The translations under genes were made by a program, and so were the position numbers. From Squalus acanthias (lineage: Eukaryota), in the NCBI GenBank assembly GCA_030390025.1, contig CM059440.1, forward strand, positions 28,520,001 to 28,584,000: 64,000 bases of DNA, written 5' to 3'. Positions 58,856 to 64,000 of this stretch are shown piece after piece (positions within the stretch are counted from its first letter, which is position 1; each line of letters begins with the position of its first letter). Under the pieces are notes generated by a model. It was not told the DNA's origin and searched no databases. It worked only from the letters and a program-made list of their open reading frames with translations.

Positions 58856-58929
58856 GAATGTGCTTTACCCTAGGCACTGAGTGTAAGCAGGGTGCAAAAA
58901 CAGGCCGGACCAGTCTCTGCTTTTACAAT

Positions 58930-59650
58930 AGCAAAATACTGCGGATGCTGGAAATCCGAAATAACAGAAAATGCTGGAAACACTCAGCAGGCCAGGCAGC
59001 ATCCATGGAGAGAGAAACAGAGTTAACGTTTCAGGTCAAAGACCTTTCGTCAGAACTGGAAAAAAGCAAGTTTAGGGGCTGGGAAAAGGGGGAGGGGGAT
59101 GAAAGAACAAAAGGGACGGTTAGTGATAGGATAGAAAGCAGGAGAGATTAAGAGACATTGAGAGACATTAAGAGATATTCAAGGCAAGAGGAGGTGGTAA
59201 TGGGACAGGTTAAGGAACAAAGGATGGCTTTAGATGAAGTGTGAATTGCGCTGGCAGAATGAAGGACAGCTGCCATGTGGGAGGGAAGAAAAAAAGGGGA
59301 CAAACAAAAAGTGTGGATAAAAAAAATGTGACAGGAGCCGAGGTTATGATCTGAAATTGTTGAACTCTCTGTTGAGTCCAGGGGGCTGTAGAGTGCCTAA
59401 TCGAAAGATGAGGTGTAGAGTGCCTAATCGAAAGATGAGGTGCTGTTCCTCAAGCTTACGCTGAATTGAGGAACAAATGAGCTTATTTTCCCAGCCCCTA
59501 AACTTGCTTTAAATTCTATTCCATTTCCTGCTTTTTTCCAGTTCTGACGAAAGGTCTTTGACCTGAAACATTAACTCTCTCTCTCTCCACCGATGCTGCC
59601 TGACCTGCTCAGTCTCTGCTTTTGACTGACGCTGAGCAATTTTGTTTTAT
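58930..59650 (-). mobile_element. 5'-truncated Penelope-like element with an inverted terminal repeat
   Basis: Minus-strand GIY-YIG C-terminal peptide RKLEEQHLIFRLGTL...QPPGLNREFNNFRS (about 59347-59460, with a 27-bp duplication at 59387-59440); inverted arms about 58984-59086 and 59486-59613. Confidence 0.85.
59021..59057 (-). ncRNA. Candidate minimal type I hammerhead ribozyme motif
   Basis: Minus strand AGTT-CTGACGA-A-AGGTC-TTT-GACCT-GAAA-CG-TT-AACT. Confidence 0.55.
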
Positions 59651-62411
59651 TCTTAAAATAAACCTGTCATTGTGGGTTTTTTAAGGTTCAAAAATATGAG
59701 TTGACTATTTCATAAAACCAAACTTCTGATGGATTACCAGTATAATGAAATGCCATCTTCAGTACTTTACAGGTAAATAAGGTGATGAGAATTAGTTATA
59801 AACATTTGCTTTTTATTTTCTCCTCCTTTTATCCAAATATACTCAATTCTCCGCTCTTCTCTTGAATTATTTGATTATGTAGGGCATCACATCCATGTCT
59901 GATCCTGTTCTCACCTCACGTGCACGTGTTCCAGCATGGGTCATTAGGAGTGGAAACCCTTGTAAATTTTCCCCTTTCTTAACCTGGGACGCCAATTTTA
60001 CAAACACCATGGTTGAGATCAGTGATTTCCACGCCGAACTGATATAAAACTTGAGACTTTGTGTGGTTCAGCTATTCACTGGACAAGCTCGTTAAGTCGT
60101 CGAGAGAGCTCCGTTCTCTGTAATCTTCGTGAGATAGGAGTAATATTTTGTGGAAGTGAGACCTTCACTTGTGACATTAAGAGCATTGTCCTTCTTTCTC
60201 CATGTACTAAGTTTAAAAACCTGTCCTCCTCCCTCTCTGTGCTCAGTGTAAAAGCCTGTCATTGTCCTCTCTCCGTGTGCTCAGCGTAAAGACCTGGAGC
60301 AATGGGGCACAAGTTTCTGATCTTCCAAAGTCAGATGAAGAAAAACGAGAATGAGGAAACATATTTGATAAAGACGGAAAAAAAGAAGGATGTATTTCAA
60401 TATCTTTTTTCAAGGGAAAAAGTGATTTAATGAATTTTGAAAAAATGTTGAATCCTTGAATTAGAACAGATGGAGGGTCCCCCTTCTCCCCTCTCCACCC
60501 CACCCGCCCCCCGCCCAAATAAACATTCTTTCTACATTAAATAATGCTTTTGTACTGTACTTGTTTAGGCTAGAATCCAGGAGAGCATGCAGTTCTTTGT
60601 GGCTCTACGATTCCACTGCTAGGCTTCCAATGTTAAGTGGCGGCAGCTCTGAACAAGCAGATCTCATGCAGCTGGCTGCAGAGGCTGGGAAGACCTGATT
60701 AAATACATTGCCACGAACATGATACACTATACAGTAGTGTAAGCATCAAAAGCTGACTTCCAGAGATGGTCTTTCTGAACCTGACTTGACCAGGAGTCAG
60801 TATAATCATGGCTTAAGAAAAGTTGCAGCTAAAGTTTTCAGTGTTTTTTTGTTAACTATCATAAATGGACTTTTGTCTGCACTAATTTTGTGGAGCAGTT
60901 AATGCCTTGTGGGTTTTTTTTTCTTTGTCCTAGCCATACTGGGAAAATTTTACTCAAGCTTTCCCATTACCTTTTTGAAAATAAACCTTGATGCTCTCCC
61001 CGTCTTTTAAAAATAAATCCTGTGATCATGAACTTTACTGAACAAATGTCTTCAATTATTTTTAAATCACGATGATGATGATCTGTCCTGTTTGCCTGTT
61101 TTAAAAAAAAACACCATGAACTTTACCAAACACTCCCTTTGTGTCTTTAGAAAAATGTCCCATAATGATGAACTTTGTTGCGTGCTATCTTGTTTTTTTC
61201 TAAAAGTGTTGCTTGCCTCAGTTGATAGTACTCTTGCCTCAGAGTCAGGCAATTGTGGCTTAAACCCCACTCCAGGGCTTTAACTTCTCATCTAGACTGA
61301 CACTGCCATACAGTACTGAGGAAATGCTGCATTGTCAAAGGTGCTGTCCATCAGCTGAGACAACTGCCTGTTCCATTCATTTAGATGGCAAGTGACACTA
61401 TTTGAAGAAGAGTTCTGCTGATGCCTTGACTAACCTCACCATCATTCATCTCATCACTGTTTGTGAGATCTTGCTGTGCACAAAATAGCTCCTGTCTTTC
61501 CTGACAAAACAGCTTTAATTCATTCTATGTGAAGTGCTTTGGGGCATTTGAGGGGTGCAATATAAATGCAAATTCATTTTCTTAAAAAATGAGCAAAGGC
61601 ACCTGCGAGTTGACAGCACTAAAGGTTATGAAGGAGAGAATTGTTTGGTTACTATTTGTAGTGACAGAAATCCATCCACTAATACTTTGGTATTTCTAAT
61701 AAAATTGTAAACATTTTTTAACACTTTTTGGAATTTTGCTAGAAATTCTGACATGGGGACATGTTCATGGTAACATTTACAGAAACACTATGCATAATGA
61801 CCATTGCAATTTGTCCCCTGCCCTGGGATAAATGATTACACAGGGCGAGAGAGGGGTGTATCTCTACTAACAAGTTCCACTCTAACCACTGTGAGCCTAG
61901 ACTGTCTATATCAATAGGAACTTAAACTACGGCCTGAGTTTTGCCTCCCAGGGGTGCTGAGACCAATGGTAGCGCTCCTACTGCTGCCTCAAATGAGATT
62001 AGCTAACGTAACACAGACCAGGGATCAGACTTGGGACCTTCTGGCTGGTATGGCTCAGTACAAGAAGTGTTTTTAGTCAAGTGACCTCCCCTTATTTCAG
62101 AATAGATCCTCACAAGAGACAGCACTAGAAGCTCCTGGTTAGTTGTCGCCCTCTTTTTGAATGATTACTCTGCCTCTCTATCCAGCATCGAACTTGCTGG
62201 AGGGTGCACTATAACCACAATATAGTCTTCATGTTTGGAACGTAACCTAATCATTTTGTAGGAGAATTCAACATGTAATAATTGCCATGTAAACTATTGA
62301 ACTCTCGAAGCAACAATGTAGAACAGCTGTTGGAACAGTAATCTGGAAAAAAAACTCATTGTTGAACTATTAACTGCATTCTTTGGAGTGGCTCTGTCTG
62401 CTTGTAAGAGG

Positions 62412-62425
62412 TGAACTTTTCACCT
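62412..62425 (-). promoter_or_regulatory. Candidate DR2 nuclear receptor / retinoic acid response element
   Basis: Minus strand AGGTGA aa AGTTCA. Confidence 0.35.
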
Positions 62426-62979
62426 GTACTATTAATTTTTTTTTGCAAAATTAAGTCCTGTTTCTTTACGTATCAGCTGTCAAATGGGGGGGTGGGGGGG
62501 GGGGAGTCATTTATGCGAGATTTTGTTGACAGTTAGTCCAGGCAACGCATGCTGGGCTCAGCACCAAAAAAATCATTGCCATGGTTTTTATTGGCTGACT
62601 ATTCGCACTCCAATCAGACTGCAGGCAGGCTGCACTGTTCAGATAAACAGTGAACAAATGGACATTGTGCTAATGTTCGGTTACGTCAGGCCATAATTAC
62701 ATTTCTAGAATGATCAGGGTTTTTGTTCTCTTCTGACTTTCTTCCTCCCTCTCATGAAGGAGCTGCACAGTTCCACCAGGTTTGGCCTACTTCAGTACTT
62801 TACCCAAGTGGGCAGTGTTCATGTGTGAGCCTGCGGACTTTATGGCCAAACAGAATGTTGTCCACACCAGTCATCTGCAAATGTGCATTTTCTACCATGG
62901 GTCACTGAATAGCAATCTGAAGGCTGTTGAGTTTTTCTGCTCAGCCTAGGGATGCTGAGGCCCCTCATTTCAACCTTGG

Positions 62980-63305
62980 GAACATAAGAACAGGAGTAGG
63001 CCATTCAATGAGATCATGGCTGATCTGCGACCTAGCTCCATACACCCACCTGTGGCCCATATCCCTTAATACATTTGGTTAACAAAAAGCTATCATTCTC
63101 CGATTTAAAATTAACAATTGATCTAGCATCAATTGCCGTTTGCAGAAGAGAGTTCTAAACTTCTACCACCCTTTGTGTGTAGAAGTGTTTTCTAATTTCA
63201 CTCCTGAAAGGTCTGACTCTTATATGTCCCCTAGTCCTAGAATCCCCAACTAGCGGGAACAGTTTCTCTCTATCTACCCTACCTGTTCCCCTTAATATCT
63301 TGTTG
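62980..63305 (-). mobile_element. CR1 LINE 3' end
   Basis: Minus-strand RVDREKLFPLVGDSRTRGH..RPFRSEIRKHFYTQRVVEV plus a CR1 3' UTR. Confidence 0.88.
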
Positions 63306-64000
63306 GTGTAGCCCCAGCAGAGATCCACTAAAGCTGCCTTTATATTGCTCAAGACCTGTGCGAGTGACACCAGTTCTGGACGCACAAGTCTTGTCTAGCT
63401 GACTGCAACCTGAAAGTAAACTTGCTGGGATTAATAAAATATTTTTAAAAAGCAGCTTAAATCCGCACACACCAGGGTTTGAACCTGGGAGCTCCCTGGT
63501 CTGTATAGCGCAGCTTCATATGGAGAAGTGCATGTACCTACTAAGCTGAGCTCCATCCTCATGGATTTCTTTGGAAGAAGCTACAGTATTCATTTTTAAA
63601 CTGTGATTGTGATGGAAAAGGTTAATGTAGTGTACGCAGGAGTGTGGAACTGGTCTGACTGCTACAGTTTTAGGCCCAGTGTGGCGTCCCCATGAAAGCA
63701 GATCGTCCATTTACCTTAAACCTGCTGAAGGGAGAGAACTTATGTTGTAGATAGCAGGAATCGGATGTCCAGTGGCGGTTATGTTTAAACATGTACAGAT
63801 CTGGCAACTTTCAGCTTTTACTTGGCTATTTATGGAATAAGGTGTTAAGGAGCTTAGAATCCCCCCTCCCTCCAAAAAGGTACTTTTTATCCTGTGTAAT
63901 ATCCTTGACTTGTCTCCTGTGCTTAGTAAATATGCCCTTCTGGCCACAGCCAGGATGAAGAATTCATCTCTTGGAATTGTACAGAAACCTTGTTCCGCCA

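Larger units (their letters stand above)
1..64000 (+). other. VPS13D: VPS13D gene body (internal portion; both ends lie outside the window)
   Basis: 25 exons splice into one uninterrupted frame matching recalled vertebrate VPS13D, from KRRQPFVP.ALRNHTG to NVTHGVSNSAAK. I did not find the next expected exon (FAGTLSDG...) after 47947. Confidence 0.95.

Noticed and set aside
47948-64000. Further VPS13D exons, a nested gene or an intronic snoRNA
   Set aside because: I found no FAGTLSDG-type exon, no coherent spliced ORF and no convincing snoRNA box architecture by eye; a covariance-model search would be needed to exclude the last.
1-64000. CRISPR array, prokaryotic operon, tRNA or rRNA genes
   Set aside because: This is spliced vertebrate DNA with no repeat-spacer array; the tRNA-like A/B boxes belong to SINE heads.

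Overview
Vertebrate intron-rich genomic DNA, most likely from a cartilaginous fish (inferred only from the repeat content: CR1 LINEs, Deu-domain SINEs, Penelope elements). The whole window lies inside a + strand VPS13D gene. I traced 25 consecutive phase-compatible GT-AG exons (3101-47947; 3725 nt, about 1241 codons). They encode the VAB/SHR-binding region, the ricin-B-like segment and the start of the VPS13 C-terminal region. A long intron follows and runs past the window end. The introns are packed with TEs. Four observations stand out. (1) A 5'-truncated CR1 LINE has a fully open ORF2 with no AUG until after the endonuclease domain; ORF2 lies in the -1 frame of ORF1, which ends in U_UUA_AAC_UAG, a candidate programmed -1 frameshift. 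(2) Penelope-derived minimal hammerhead ribozyme motifs occur several times, including a 94-bp element with a 10-bp TSD. (3) DR5/DR2 retinoic-acid-response-type motifs occur in the last intron. (4) Inverted CR1 copies flank one exon. All homology calls come from my recall of these families, not from database searches. Repeat boundaries are approximate unless a TSD or TIR is quoted.
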